A DNA stretch of 64,000 bases from Malacoraja senta. Its lineage: Eukaryota. The first letter of the stretch is position 1, and each line of letters starts with the position of its first letter. The stretch covers positions 3,720,001-3,784,000 of the forward strand of contig JAXLNO010005841.1 of assembly GCA_038087875.1 (NCBI GenBank), read 5' to 3'. Under the pieces are notes generated by a model. It was not told where the DNA came from, did no database searches, and saw only the letters and a program-made list of their open reading frames with translations. The position numbers and the translations under genes were made by a program. Shown here in pieces: positions 26,437-39,901 of this stretch.

Positions 26437-26855
26437 GTGACACAGCAATCCTGAGACTACAGTCCAAGAGACCCTGCAGCTCACCTCACCTTGTTCCTTA
26501 AATCCCTACATTCACTCCGCATGACCTCCTAACTTTTCCTGTCTAGGTTGGTGGCTACAAAGTGGACAAATATCTCCTGTTGCTCAACATTACCTTTCGG
26601 CAAGAAATAGTTTTGACGCCATCACGAGGGAGGCTTAAAAACATCCAACGACGTACTAGGTTGTTGGGTTAATTGGGTACTGTTAATCGCACCTGGTGTG
26701 TGTGGGTTTGAGTTGCGGGACCTGCGGGGAAGTTGATGGGAATGTGGAAAGAATAACCTGGAATTAGTGGAAGACAAGTATTAATGGGGGTCTGTGTTGG
26801 TCTGAGACCTGAACTCTTGATTTTCTTTATGGGGGTGGGGTGTGGGGAGGAGGGA

Positions 26856-27036
26856 NNNNNNNNNNNNNNNNNNNNNNNNNNNNNNNNNNNNNNNNNNNNN
26901 NNNNNNNNNNNNNNNNNNNNNNNNNNNNNNNNNNNNNNNNNNNNNNNNNNNNNNNNNNNNNNNNNNNNNNNNNNNNNNNNNNNNNNNNNNNNNNNNNNNN
27001 NNNNNNNNNNNNNNNNNNNNNNNNNNNNNNNNNNNN
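26856..27036. other. Assembly gap (181 N) between the last Ig exon and the TM exons
   Basis: Run of N. Confidence 1.
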
Positions 27037-28089
27037 GACGGAGGGAGAGAGCGAGGACCCGCACGCTCTCTCTTTGACTCTACAACCTTAAAAAACTTTA
27101 ATTACGATGCGGTTGACCTAGCAAATTCAGGAGTTACTGCATGGTGGAGGAGATTAAAATAAGTGGAATGTCAGCGCAAAGATCCTTCAGTACTGCCCAT
27201 AGTGATGTACGTCTGAGAGTCATGGCGTCATAGCGTCTTAGAGACTGAAAACAGGCCCTTCCGCATAGCTTGCTCACCCCAGCCATCGTGGTCCATGTAC
27301 ACTAGGCACACCTACCTGCATTTGACCCATATCCCTCTAAACCTGTCCTATCTCTACATCTGTCTAAATGTTCCAAATACTTTGCGATAATACCTGGCTC
27401 AATCTACATCTTCCGGCAGCTTGTCCCATACAACCAGACGCAACCCGTTGAGTGAAAAAGTTACTCAGGTTACATCTCCCCCCCCTCACCTTAAACCTCT
27501 TTCCTTTGGTTCTGGACTCAAGCAGTTGAGGCAAGAGACTCTGTGCATCTACCCGAACTTTTACTGTCCTGATTTTGTACAGCGGTCTATTCCTCGCAAA
27601 CTTTGTACACTTAAATCCTTATATTCATATACAGAACCTCCTATTTCCTCTTTCCTATGTCTGTGGTACCAAAGTGGACCATGACCTATTGCTGCTAACC
27701 ATTCTCTTTCAGAATGCCCCGTGCTCGCCCAGAGACATTGTCCAACAGTGCAAATTTAACTCGGTACTTCCCGCCCGCAGTGCAGCTCTCCCTCAACCAA
27801 CCACGCCCATGGCGATCAGGATCCCCATCTAAGATAGTCACATTTTCATGCATTTGGCCCATTTCCTTGCAAACCTTTCCTATCCATGCACCTGCTGACA
27901 TGTCTTGGAAAAGTTGTTATTGCCCCTGCCGAACGAATTCATCTGATACTTTCCCATGTCGCGATGTGGATCTCACTCTTTCACCGTGAGTGGAATACGT
28001 TCTCAACTATGCGTCACAGTGGTGGCATGGAACTGGTGTTCAAGTCTCTGGAACTAGGCATGAACTCAGGATTTTCTTTATGAGGGGGG

Positions 28090-28385
28090 NNNNNNNNNNN
28101 NNNNNNNNNNNNNNNNNNNNNNNNNNNNNNNNNNNNNNNNNNNNNNNNNNNNNNNNNNNNNNNNNNNNNNNNNNNNNNNNNNNNNNNNNNNNNNNNNNNN
28201 NNNNNNNNNNNNNNNNNNNNNNNNNNNNNNNNNNNNNNNNNNNNNNNNNNNNNNNNNNNNNNNNNNNNNNNNNNNNNNNNNNNNNNNNNNNNNNNNNNNN
28301 NNNNNNNNNNNNNNNNNNNNNNNNNNNNNNNNNNNNNNNNNNNNNNNNNNNNNNNNNNNNNNNNNNNNNNNNNNNNNNNNNNNNN
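28090..28385. other. Assembly gap (296 N) between the last Ig exon and the TM exons
   Basis: Run of N. Confidence 1.
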
Positions 28386-29584
28386 CTGGAGGGGGGAAGA
28401 GCGGGGAAGAGGGAGGAAGAACGGGAGGGAGGGAGTACGAGGGAGAGAGAGAGCAAGGCAGGGGAGAGGGAGAAAGAGAGGGAGGGAGGGAGGGAGTGAA
28501 GGTGGGCGAGAGGGAGGGAGAGAGACAGATAGCTTGTTCTCAGTACACAAAATGTAGAAATATATAGACTGGGATAGAGAGAGAAAGCGTCAGGGAGAGT
28601 GGGAAGCGAACAATAGAGCAAGAGTGCAGCCCATTGACCTGCAGCTGGCATTGGTAAACATTTAGAAGGCACGCAATCAGGCAGCGCTGTTGCCAAGACT
28701 GACTCGAACACCGTGTCCTGTTCCCAAACTCGCGGCGTTCGACCTTTCAGTGTCAATAGCTTATGACATCAATTGCAGGTGGAATTTTCCACCCAAGCAC
28801 AACACATTAAATTCCGAATTTATCAACTGTAGCTGTTCTTTTTATGTTTCGATTCCAGGAGAAGGTGAGATAAGAATTGAATCAAAAGCGTCACATAAAC
28901 CAATATCGTGAATCAAGAATCAAACGGATTTAACTGTCGTATGTACAGTCAATGGAAAAATGAAATTCGTTTTTGCAGCAAAACAGATCTACACGTTCTA
29001 CGCTAATAGATGATATCAATTAAGTAAACAACCAATAATGTAATTATCACAATACAAGTGAAATTAAAAAAACATCAGTGCAACCAAAGACTCCGACCAC
29101 CATTTGTGTGAAAACGTTCCCCCTCAGATTCCTATTAAATATCGATGTCCTGCAGCAGTTTGCTTATTTTTTTAGCTGTTGGCCGATCAGTGGTAACTAG
29201 TTTTGGTTTTTCATGTTGGAATTTCGTCTGAACTATCCAATTTGTTGAGGAAATAACGACGTGTTTTATGCCGACATTGCTGTAGATGTCGTAGAGTCAT
29301 ATAGTTCTACACATCGGGAACAATCACTTTGGTCCAGCTGGCTCTGTCTCTCTTTTGAGCCGAAGGATTCCCCTTTGTTTTGTACTGTTCTATGCTCTCT
29401 CATCAAACTAATTGGAGAGATACGGGCCAGGCACACCCTTTCAACCTGCAATGCCTGAGCCAAAAATGATGCCACGTTAAACAAATCTCCTCAGTCTGCT
29501 GAGCGGTTTCGGCTCTGCTCGACCGGTTGCTGTAAATAGAAAGTGGGGATAGTAGACCTGTTAAAATACCACGTTTTCTCCCAG

Positions 29585-29702
29585 CAGAAGATTCCACCGA
29601 ATCCACCCCAAGCCTCCCACTGAACATTCACTCGTATGAACGGGATATCGGTCTGTCTGCTGGGATCCTGCTTAATATCGGTCTACTTCTTTATGGTTTA
29701 AA
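29585..29702 (+). CDS. Stalk+transmembrane exon, copy 1 (AEDSTESTPSLPLNIHSYERDIGLSAGILLNIGLLLYGLK)
   Basis: Acceptor cacgttttctcccag, phase 1 matching the Ig exon donor, S/T/P-rich stalk, 18-aa hydrophobic helix, donor AA|gtaagg. Confidence 0.75.
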
Positions 29703-32700
29703 GTAAGGAATACCGACCAAAACGCAGAAGAGGCGCATGTTCCTCTGCTGTTTTTTCTTACGTGCAGCAGTTTCTTTAAATATTTTAAGTGGATAGATCA
29801 AGCAAGTGGCGGAACGGTGGGGCGGCGGTAGAGTTGCAGAATCACAGCATCAGAGACCCGGGTTCGATCCTGACTACAGGCGCTTGTCTGTATGGAGTTT
29901 GTACGTTCTTCCAGTGAACTGCGTGGGCTTTCTCCGGTAGCTCTGGTTTCCACCCACACTCCAAAGACGTACAGGTTTGTAGGTTAATTGGCTTGGTAAA
30001 GTTGTAAATTGTCCCTTATGTTTGTTGGATAGTATCAATGTGCGATTGCAGTTAGTGGTCGGTCGGGCTGTTGGCCGGACGGACGACCGACCGGTGGGTG
30101 CTGTGAGGGGTCGGTCGGACTGTCGGCCGGCCGGTGTGTGCAATGAGGGGTCGGTGGGCTGTCGGCCGGCAGGTGGGTGCAATGAGGCGTCGGTCGTGCT
30201 GTCGGCCGGCCGGTGGGTGCTGAGAGGGGTCGGTCGGTGTAGATTAACAATATGTAGCAATGTTACAAAATTTTGAGATTTAAAAAATAAAGTCTGCAAT
30301 TTATCCCATCAGATAGAGCATAAAAAGAAGTTTAATTTGACACCTAATTCACTTTCATATCTTCAGTATTAAAAAAGTTATGGCCATTTTCATACTCGGC
30401 AATTAGCATCTTGTTCCCTATTGCTTTTCCATTGATTTAACACAAAAGCTGTGATCGAGGACAGTCAAAAGCCCATAACTTTCTTAAAAATTAAGAGAAC
30501 TGGAAGAAATTTTCAGTTATTATAGATTGAAGCATTCAGAAACAAATATGAATGGAAAAATGAAATTCGTTTTTGCAGCAGCAAAACAGATCTACACGTT
30601 CCACGCTAATAGATGACATCAATTAAGTAAACAACCAATAATGTAACTATCACAATACAAGTGAAATAAAAAAAAACATCAGTGCAACCGAAGACTCCGA
30701 CCACCATATGTGTGAAAACGTCCCCCCTCAGATTCCTATTAAGTATTTCCCCTTGAACTTAAACCTATGCCGTCTTGTTCTCGATTCACCTACTCTGGAC
30801 AAACGACTATGTGTATTTACCCAATCTATACCACTCTTGAATTTATAGACCTCTAAAAGACCACCCCTCATTCTCGATGCGCGCCAGGGTATAGACTCCC
30901 AGTCTTCTCAACCTATCCCTGTAGCTCAGAGCCTCTTGTTCTGGCAATATCCTCGTAAATCTTCTCTGTACCCTTCCAGCTTGAAAACATCTTTCCAATA
31001 ACTTGGTGCCAAGAACTTAACACAATACTCTAAATGCGGTCTCACCAACGTTTTATACCACTTACGTTAGCTCTATCAATTTTCTACACATAAGGGGCAA
31101 TTTATGGTGGCCTATCAATTTTCTACACATAAGGGGCAATTTATGGTGGCCTATCAAAGCTGCAGTCTTTGGAATGCGGGAGGACACGGGAACTCCACGA
31201 ACAAGCACACGAGCGCGCAGGGACAACGTGCAAACGCCACGCAGACAGCACGATGCAAGGATCGAACCCAGGTCTTTGGCGCTGTGAGGCAGCAACTCGA
31301 TTCGCCTTGCCACCGTGCCGCAGTGTGAAAGAGCCTGATGGTTGTCATGGAAACAAGCCCTTTGGCCCAACCAGCCAACGCTGAACATAGATCACTCAGT
31401 CACAATATCTCTATGCTATTTGATGCTATGCACCTTCACGTCGCATTTTCTCGTGGAAAACCTACAGGTCCGGCACTTCCAACCACCCGAGGAGGCCAGA
31501 TGGTCGGAAAATCCGCCCGCCCCCCGCCCCCCATCCCCACATAGACACACATCATTCTTAATAGGCCCTGCAAGCTAGATGTCTTCATAAACCATGCAGG
31601 GTGAAGCAACACGTGACCAACCTTGGAGGAAATACCCAACCATATGTGCCGAGGGACCTTGAAGGCCAGTGATCAGATTTTCAAACTGACTGCACACTGG
31701 AGAGGCAATACTGAGATATTTGACAATGCAGACATGCTTTTCCAAAAGGCCAAAGTGGCTCACAAGTCATAAGGTCATGTGATAGAAATGGAATTAGGCC
31801 ATTCGGCCCATCAAGTCTCCGCCGTTCATTCGTGGCTGATCTATCTCTTCCTCCCAACTCTATTCTCCCGCCTTTTCCCCATGACCTCTGACACCTGTAC
31901 TAATTAAAAATATATCCTCTCTGCTTTAACAATATCAACTGTCTTGGCCTCTACATCTTTCTGTGGCAAAGAATTCCACAGATTCACCACCCCCTAATTA
32001 AAGAAATCTCTCATCTCCTTCCTAAAATAACTAAAATATGGTTCTGGGCGAACTGGAACCGCCTTGAGTACGCATTTGCAAGCGGACAAAATAGTACGAA
32101 TGTAGGATGGCAAGCAAAGTGCCCGCTTTTCACGAAGGGCAGTGATGAATACCCTGGTACATTACAGACATAATGAGCCAACATCAGTAAGAGACTGCAG
32201 ATGCTTGAATCTCTAGTAAAAGGCAAACAGCTGGAGGAACTCAGTGGGATAGGAAGAACGTGAGGAGAAAAATGGACCAGTCTGAAGAAGGGACCCACCC
32301 CTTCATGTCGTCTGTCCAATATCCTCCACGCATTCCGCCCGACCCGTTGAGCTCGTCTAGCAGTTTATCTTTTGCTCGAGACTTCATCATTTGCAGTCTC
32401 TTGCCTTCCCCAAATATCGATGTCCTGCAGCAGTTTGCTTATTTTTTTAGCTGTTGGCCGATCAGTGGTAACTAGTTTTGGTTTGTCATGTGGAAATTTC
32501 GTCTGAACTATCCAATTTGTTGAGGAGATAACGACGTGTTTTATGCCGACATTGCTGTAGATGTCGTAGAGTCATATTGTTCTACACATCGGGAACAGGC
32601 ACTTTGGTCCAGCTGGCTCTGGCTCCCTTTTGACCCGAAGGTTTCCGCTTTGTTTTGTACTGTTCTATGCTCTCTCATCAAACTGATTGGAGAGATACCG

Positions 32701-32859
32701 GCAAGGCACACCCTTTCAACCTGCAATGCCGGAGCCAAAAATGATGCCACGTTAAACAAATCTCCTCAGTCTGCTGAGCGGTTTCGGCTCTGCTCGACCG
32801 TTTGCTGTAAATAGAAAGTGGGGATAGTAGACCTGTTAAAATACCACGTTTTCTCCCAG

Positions 32860-32977
32860 CAGAAGATTCCACCGAATCCACCCCAAGCCTCCCAGTGAAC
32901 ATTCACTCCTATGAACGGGATATCGGTCTGTCTGCTGGGATCCTGCTTAATATCGGTCTACTTCTTTATGGTTTAAA
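32860..32977 (+). CDS. Stalk+transmembrane exon, copy 2 (L>V in stalk)
   Basis: Same 118-nt exon, intact splice sites and frame. Confidence 0.7.
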
Positions 32978-35900
32978 GTAAGGAATACCGACCAAAACGC
33001 AGAAGAGGCGCATGTTCCTCTGCTGTTTTTTCTTACGTGCAGCAGTTTCTTTAAATATTTAAAGTGGATAGATCAAGCAAGTGGCGGGACGGTGGGGCGA
33101 CGGTAGAGTTGCAGAATCACAGCATCAGAGACCCTGGTTCGATCCTGACTACGGGCGCTTGTCTGTATGGAGTTTGTACGTTCTTCCAGTGAACTGCGTG
33201 GGCTTTCTACGGTAGCTCTGGTTTCCACCCAAACTCCAAAGACGTACAGGTTTGTAGGATAATTGGCTTGGTAAAATTGTAAATTGTCCCTTATGTGTGT
33301 TGGATAGTATCAATGTGCGATTGCAGTTAGGGGTCGGTCGGGCTGTTGGCCGGACGGCCGACCGACCGGTGGGTGCTGTGAGGGGTCGGTCGGGCTGTCG
33401 GCCGGCAGGTGTGTGCAATGAGGGGTCGGTGGGCTGTCGGCCGGCAGGTGGGTGCAATGAGGCGTCGGTCGTGCTGTCGGCCGGCCGGTAGGTGCTGAGA
33501 GGGGTCGGCCGGTGTAGATTAACTATATGTAGCAATGTTACAAAATTTTGAGATTTAAAAAATCAAGTCTGCGATTTATCCCATCAGATAAAGCATAAAA
33601 AGAAGTTTAATTTGACACCAAATTCACTTTCATATCTTCAGTATTAAAAAGGTTATGCCCATTTTCATACTCGGAAATTAGCATCTTGTTCCCTATTGCT
33701 TTTCCATTGATTTAACACAGAAGCTGTGATCGAGGACAGTCAAAAGCCCATATCTTTCTTAAAAATTAAGAGAACTGAAAGAAATTTTCAGTTATTATAG
33801 ATTGAAGCATTCAGAAACAAATATGAAACAATCTTACTTAGATGACATGAAATTAAAGCATATAATTAGTTAGTTACCTTGCAGGTGGAATTTTCCATCC
33901 AAGCACAACACATTAAATTCCGAATTTGTCAACTGTAGCTGTTCTTTTTCTGTTTCGATTCCAGGAGAAGGTGGGATAAGAATTGAATCAAAAGCGTCAC
34001 ATAAACCAATATCGTGAATCAAGAATCAAACGGATTTAACTGTCGTATGTACAGTCAATGGAAAAATGAAATTCGTTTTTGCAGCAGCAAAACAGATCTA
34101 CACAGTTCTACGCTAATAGATGATATCAATTAAGTAAGCAACCAAAAATGTAATTATCACAATGCAAGTGAAATAAAAAAAACATCAGTGCAACCAAAGA
34201 CTCCGACCACCATTTGTGTGAAAACGTTCCCCCTCAGATTCCTATTAAGTATTTCCCCTTGAACTTAAGCCGCTGTCGTCTTGTTCTCGATTCACCTACT
34301 CTGGACAAGCGACTATGTGCATCTACCCAATCTATACCACTCTTGAATGTATGGACCTCTAAAAGACCACCCCTCATTCTCCTTGCGCGCCAGGGAATAG
34401 AATCCCAGTCATCTCAACCTATTCCTGTAGCTCAGAGCCTCTTGTTCTGGCAATATCCGCGTAAATCTTCTCTGTACCCTTCCACCTTGACAACATCTTT
34501 CCAATAACTTGGTGCCAAGAACTTAACACAATACTCTAAATGCGGTCTCACCAACGTGTTATACCACTTACGTTAGCTCTATCAATTTTCTACACATAAG
34601 GGGCAATTTATGGTGGCCTATCAAAGCTGCAGTCTTTGGAATGCGGGAGGACACGGGAACTCCACGAACAAGCGCACGAGGGCGCAGGGACAACGTGCAA
34701 ACTCCACACAGACAGCACAATGCAAGGATCGAACCCAGGTCTTTGGCGCTGTGAGGCAGCAACTCGACTCGCCTTGCCACCGTGCCGCAGTGTGAAATAG
34801 CCTGATGGTTGTCATGGAAACAAGCCCTTTGGCCCAACCAGCCAACGCTGAACATAGATCACTCAGTCATAATATTTCTATGCTATTTTATGCTATGCAC
34901 CTTCACGTCGCATTTTCTCGTGGAAAACCTACGGGTCCGGCACTTCCAACCACCCGAGGAGGCCAGATGGTCGGAAATTCCGCATGCCCCCCCGCCCCCC
35001 ATCCCCACATAGACACACATCATTCTTAATAGGCCCTGTAAGCTGGATGTCTTCAGAAACCATGCAGGGTGAAGCAACACGTGACCAACCTTGGAGGAAA
35101 TACCTAACCACATGTGCCGAGGGACCTTTAAGGCCAGTGATCAGATTTTCAAACTGACTGCACACTGGAGAGGCAATACTGAGATATTTGACAATGCAGA
35201 CATGCTTTTCCAAAAGGCTAAAGTGGCTCACAATGCATAAGGTCATGTGATAGAAATGGAAATAGGCCATTCGGCCCATGAAGTCTTCGCCGTTCATTCA
35301 TGGCTGATCTATCTCTTCCTCCCAACTACATTCTCCCGCCTTCTCCCCATGACCTCTGACACCTGTACTAATTAAAAATATATCCTCTCTGCCTTAACAA
35401 TATCAACTGTCTTGGCCTCTACATCTTTCTGTGGCAAAGAATTCCACAGATTCACCACCCCGTAATTAAAGAAATCTCTCATCTCCTTCCTAAAATAACT
35501 AAAATATGTTTCTGGGCGAACTTGAACCGCCTTGAGCACGCATTTGCAAGCGGACAAAATAGTACGAATGTAGGATGGCAAGCAAAGTGCCCGCTTTTCA
35601 CGAAGGGCAGTGATAAATACCCTGGTACATTACAGACATAATGAGCCGAACATCAGTAAGAGACTGCAGATGCTTGAATCTCTAGTAGGAGGCAAACTGC
35701 TGGAGGAACTCAGTGGGATAGGAAGAACGTGGGGAGAAAAATGGACCAGTCTGAAGAAGGGACCCACCCCTACATGTCATCTGTCCAATATCCTCCGCGC
35801 ATTCCGCCCGACCCGTTGAGTTCGTCTAGCAGTTTTGCTCGAGACTTCATCATTTGCAGTCTCTTGCCTTCCCCAAATATCGATGTCCTGCAGCAGTTTG

Positions 35901-36320
35901 CTTATTTTTTTAGCTGTTGGCCGATCAGTGGTAACTAGTTTTGGTTTGTCATGTGGAAATTTCGTCTGAACTATCCAATTTGTTGAGGAGATAACGACGT
36001 GTTTTATGCCGACATTGCTGTAGATGTCGTAGAGTCATATAGTTCTACACATCGGGAACAGGCACTTTGGTCCAGCTGGCTGTCTCTCTTTTGAGCCGAA
36101 GGATTCCGCTTTATTTTGTACTGTTCTATGCTCTCTCATCAAAGTGATTGGAGAGATATGGGCAAGGCACACCCTTTCAACCTGCAATGCCTGAGCCAAA
36201 AATGATGCCACGTTAAACAAATCTCCTCATTCTGGTGAGCGGTTTCGGCTCTGCTCGACCGGTTGCTGTAAATAGAAAGTGGGGATAGTAGACCTGTTGA
36301 AATACCACGTTTTCTCCCAG

Positions 36321-36438
36321 CTGAAGATTCCACCGAATCCACCCCAAGCCTCCCACTGAACATTCACTCGTATGAACGGGTTATCGGTCTGTCTGCTGGG
36401 ATCCTGCTTAATATCGGTCTACTTCTTTATGGTTTAAA
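36321..36438 (+). CDS. Stalk+transmembrane exon, copy 3 (D>V just before the TM)
   Basis: Same 118-nt exon, intact splice sites and frame. Confidence 0.7.
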
Positions 36439-39400
36439 GTAAGGAATACCGACCAAAACGCAGAAGAGGCGCATGTTCCTCTGCTGTTTTTTCTTACGTG
36501 CAGCCGTTTCTTTAAATATTTTAAGTGGATAGATCAAGCAAGTGGCGGGACGGTGGGGCGACGGTAGAGTTGCAGAATCACAGCATCAGAGACCCTGGTT
36601 CGATCCTGACTACGGGCGCTTGTCTGTATGGAGTTTGTACGTTCTTCCAGTGAACTGCGTGGGCTTTCTCCGGTAGCTCTGGTTTCCACCCACACTCCAA
36701 AGACGTACAGGTTTGTAGGTTAATTGGCTTGGTAAAATTGTAAATTGCCCCTTATGTGTGTTGGATAGTATCAATGTGCGATTGCAGTTAGGGGTCGGTC
36801 GGGCTGTTGGCCGGACGGCCGACCGACAGGTGGGTGCTGTGAGGGGTCGGCCGGGCTGTCGGCCGGCAGGTGTGTGCAATGAGGGGTCGGTGGGCTGTCG
36901 GCCGGCAGGTGGGTGCAATGAGGCGTCGGTCGTGCTGTCGGCCGGCCGGTAGGTGCTGAGAGGGGTCGGCCGGTGTAGATTAACTATATGTAGCAATGTT
37001 ACAAAATTTTGAGATTTAAAAAATCAAGTCTGCGATTTATCCCATCAGATAAAGCATAAAAAGAAGTTTAATTTGACACCAAATTCACTTTCATATCTTC
37101 AGTATTAAAAAAGTTATGCCCATTTTCATACTCGGAAATTAGCATCTTTTTCCCTATTGCTTTTCCATTGATTTAACACAGAAGCTGTGATCGAGGGCAG
37201 TCAAAAGCCCATAACTTTCTTAAAAATTAAGAGAACTGAAAGAAATTTTCAGTTATTATAGATTGAAGCATTCAGAAACAAATATGAAACAATCTTACTT
37301 AGATGACATGAAATTAAAGCATATAATTAGTTAGTTACCTTGCAGGTGGAATTTTCCATCCAAGCACAACACATTAAATTCCGAATTTGTCAACTGTAGC
37401 TGTTCTTTTTCTGTTTCGATTCCAGGAGAAGGTGGGATAAGAATTGAATCAAAAGCGTCACATAAACCAATATCGTGAATCAAGAATCAAACGGATTTAA
37501 CTGTCGTATGTACAGTCAATGGAAAAATGAAATTCGTTTTTGCAGCAGCAAAACAGATCTACACAGTTCTACGCTAATAGATGATATCAATTAAGTAAGC
37601 AACCAAAAATGTAATTATCACAATGCAAGTGAAATAAAAAAAACATCAGTGCAACCAAAGACTCCGACCACCATTTGTGTGAAAACGTTCCCCCTCAGAT
37701 TTCTATTAAGTATTTCCCCTTGAACTTAAGCCGCTGTCGTCTTGTTCTCGATTCACCTACTCTGGACAAGCGACTATGTGCATCTACCAAATCTATACCA
37801 CTCTTGAATGTATGGACCTCTAAAAGACCACCCCTCATTCTCCATGCGCGCCAGGGAATAGAATCCCAGTCTTCTCAACCTATCCCTGTAGCTCAGAGCC
37901 TCTTGTTCTGGCAATATCCGCGTAAATCTTCTCTGTACCCTTCCACCTTGACAACATCTTTCCAATAACTTGGTGCCAAGAACTTAACACAATACTCTAA
38001 ATGCGGTCTCACCAACGTGTTATACCACTTACGTTAGCTCTATCAATTTTCTACACATAAGGGGCAATTTATGGTGGCCTATCAAAGCTGCAGTCTTTGG
38101 AATGCGGGAGGACACGGGAACTCCACGAACAAGCGCACGAGGGCGCAGGGACAACGTGCAAACTCCACACAGACAGCACAATGCAAGGATCGAACCCAGG
38201 TCTTTGGCGCTGTGAGGCAGCAACTCGACTCGCCTTGCCACCGTGCCGCAGTGTGAAATAGCCTGATGGTTGTCATGGAAACAAGCCCTTTGGCCCAACC
38301 AGCCAACGCTGAACATAGATCACTCAGTCATAATATTTCTATGCTATTTTATGCTATGCACCTTCACGTCGCATTTTCTCGTGGAAAACCTACGGGTCCG
38401 GCACTTCCAACCACCCGAGGAGGCCAGATGGTCGGAAATTCCGCATGCCCCCCCGCCCCCCATCCCCACATAGACACACATCATTCTTAATAGGCCCTGT
38501 AAGCTGGATGTCTTCAGAAACCATGCAGGGTGAAGCAACACGTGACCAACCTTGGAGGAAATACCTAACCACATGTGCCGAGGGACCCTTAAGGCCAGTG
38601 ATCAGATTTTCAAACTGACTGCACACTAGACAGGCAATACTGAGATATTTGACAATGCAGACATGCTTTTCCAAAAGGCTATAGTGGCTCACAATGCATA
38701 AGGTCATGTGATAGAAATGGAAATAGGCCATTCGGCCCATCAAGTCTTCGCCGTTCATTCATGGCTGATCTATCTCTTCCTCCCAACTACATTCTCCCGC
38801 CTTCTCCCCATGACCTCTGACACCTGTACTAATTAAAAATATATCCTCTCTGCCTTAACAATATCAACTGTCTTGGCCTCTACATCTTTCTGTGGCAAAG
38901 AATTCCACAGATTCACCACCCCGTAATTAAAGAAATCTCTCATCTCCTTCCTAAAATAACTAAAATATGATTCTGGGCGAACTTGAACCGCCTTGAGCAC
39001 GCATTTGCAAGCGGACAAAATAGTACGAATGTAGGATGGCAAGCAAAGTGCCCGCTTTTCACGAAGGGCAGTGATAAATACCCTGGTACATTACAGACAT
39101 AATGAGCCGAACATCAGTAAGAGACTGCAGATGCTTGAATCTCTAGTAGGAGGCAAACTGCTGGAGGAACTCAGTGGGATAGGAAGAACGTGGGGAGAAA
39201 AATGGACCAGTCTGAAGAAGGGACCCACCCCTACATGTCGTCTGTCCAATATCCTCCGCGCATTCCGCCCGACCCGTTGAGTTCGTCTAGCAGTTTTGCT
39301 CGAGACTTCATCATTTGCAGTCTCTTGCCTTCCCCAAATATCGATGTCCTGCAGCAGTTTGCTTATTTTTTTAGCTGTTGGCCGATCAGTGGTAACTAGT

Positions 39401-39783
39401 TTTGGTTTGTCATGTGGAAATTTCGTCTGAACTATCCAATTTGTTGAGGAGATAACGACGTGATTTATGCCGACATTGCTGTAGATGTCGTAGAGTCATA
39501 TAGTTCTACACATCGCGAACAGGCACTTTGGTCCAGCTGGCTCTGTCTCTCTTTTGAGCCGAAGGATTCCGCTTTATTTTGTACTGTTCTATGCTCTCTC
39601 ATCAAATTGATTGGAGAGATATGGGCCAGGCACACCCTTTCAACCTGCAATGCCTGAGCCAAAAATAATGCCACGTTATACAAATCTCCTCAGTCTGGTG
39701 AACGGTTTCGGCTCTGGTCGACCGGTTGCTGTAAATAGAAAGTGGGGATAGTAGACCTGTTGAAATACCACGTTTTCTCCCAG

Positions 39784-39901
39784 CAGAAGATTCCACCGAA
39801 TCCACCCCATGCCTCCCACTGAACATTCACTCGTATGAACGGGATATCGGTCTGTCTGCTGGGATCCTGCTTAATATCGGTCTACTTCTTTATGGTTTAC
39901 A
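39784..39901 (+). CDS. Stalk+transmembrane exon, copy 4 (S>C in stalk, K>Q after the TM)
   Basis: Same 118-nt exon, intact splice sites and frame. Confidence 0.7.

Noticed and set aside
27712-27832. Acceptor ttctctttcag as a stalk or tail exon
   Set aside because: The required phase-1 frame hits a stop after 15 codons, and the distal part is a LINE/SINE tail.
6352-28756. ORFs running through N gaps (6.4-7.0, 26.7-27.2 and 28.0-28.8 kb)
   Set aside because: They are artefacts of translating N runs.
29810-30050. A-box and B-box motifs as tRNA genes
   Set aside because: There is no cloverleaf, and the motifs continue into SINE body sequence, so they are tRNA-derived SINE heads.
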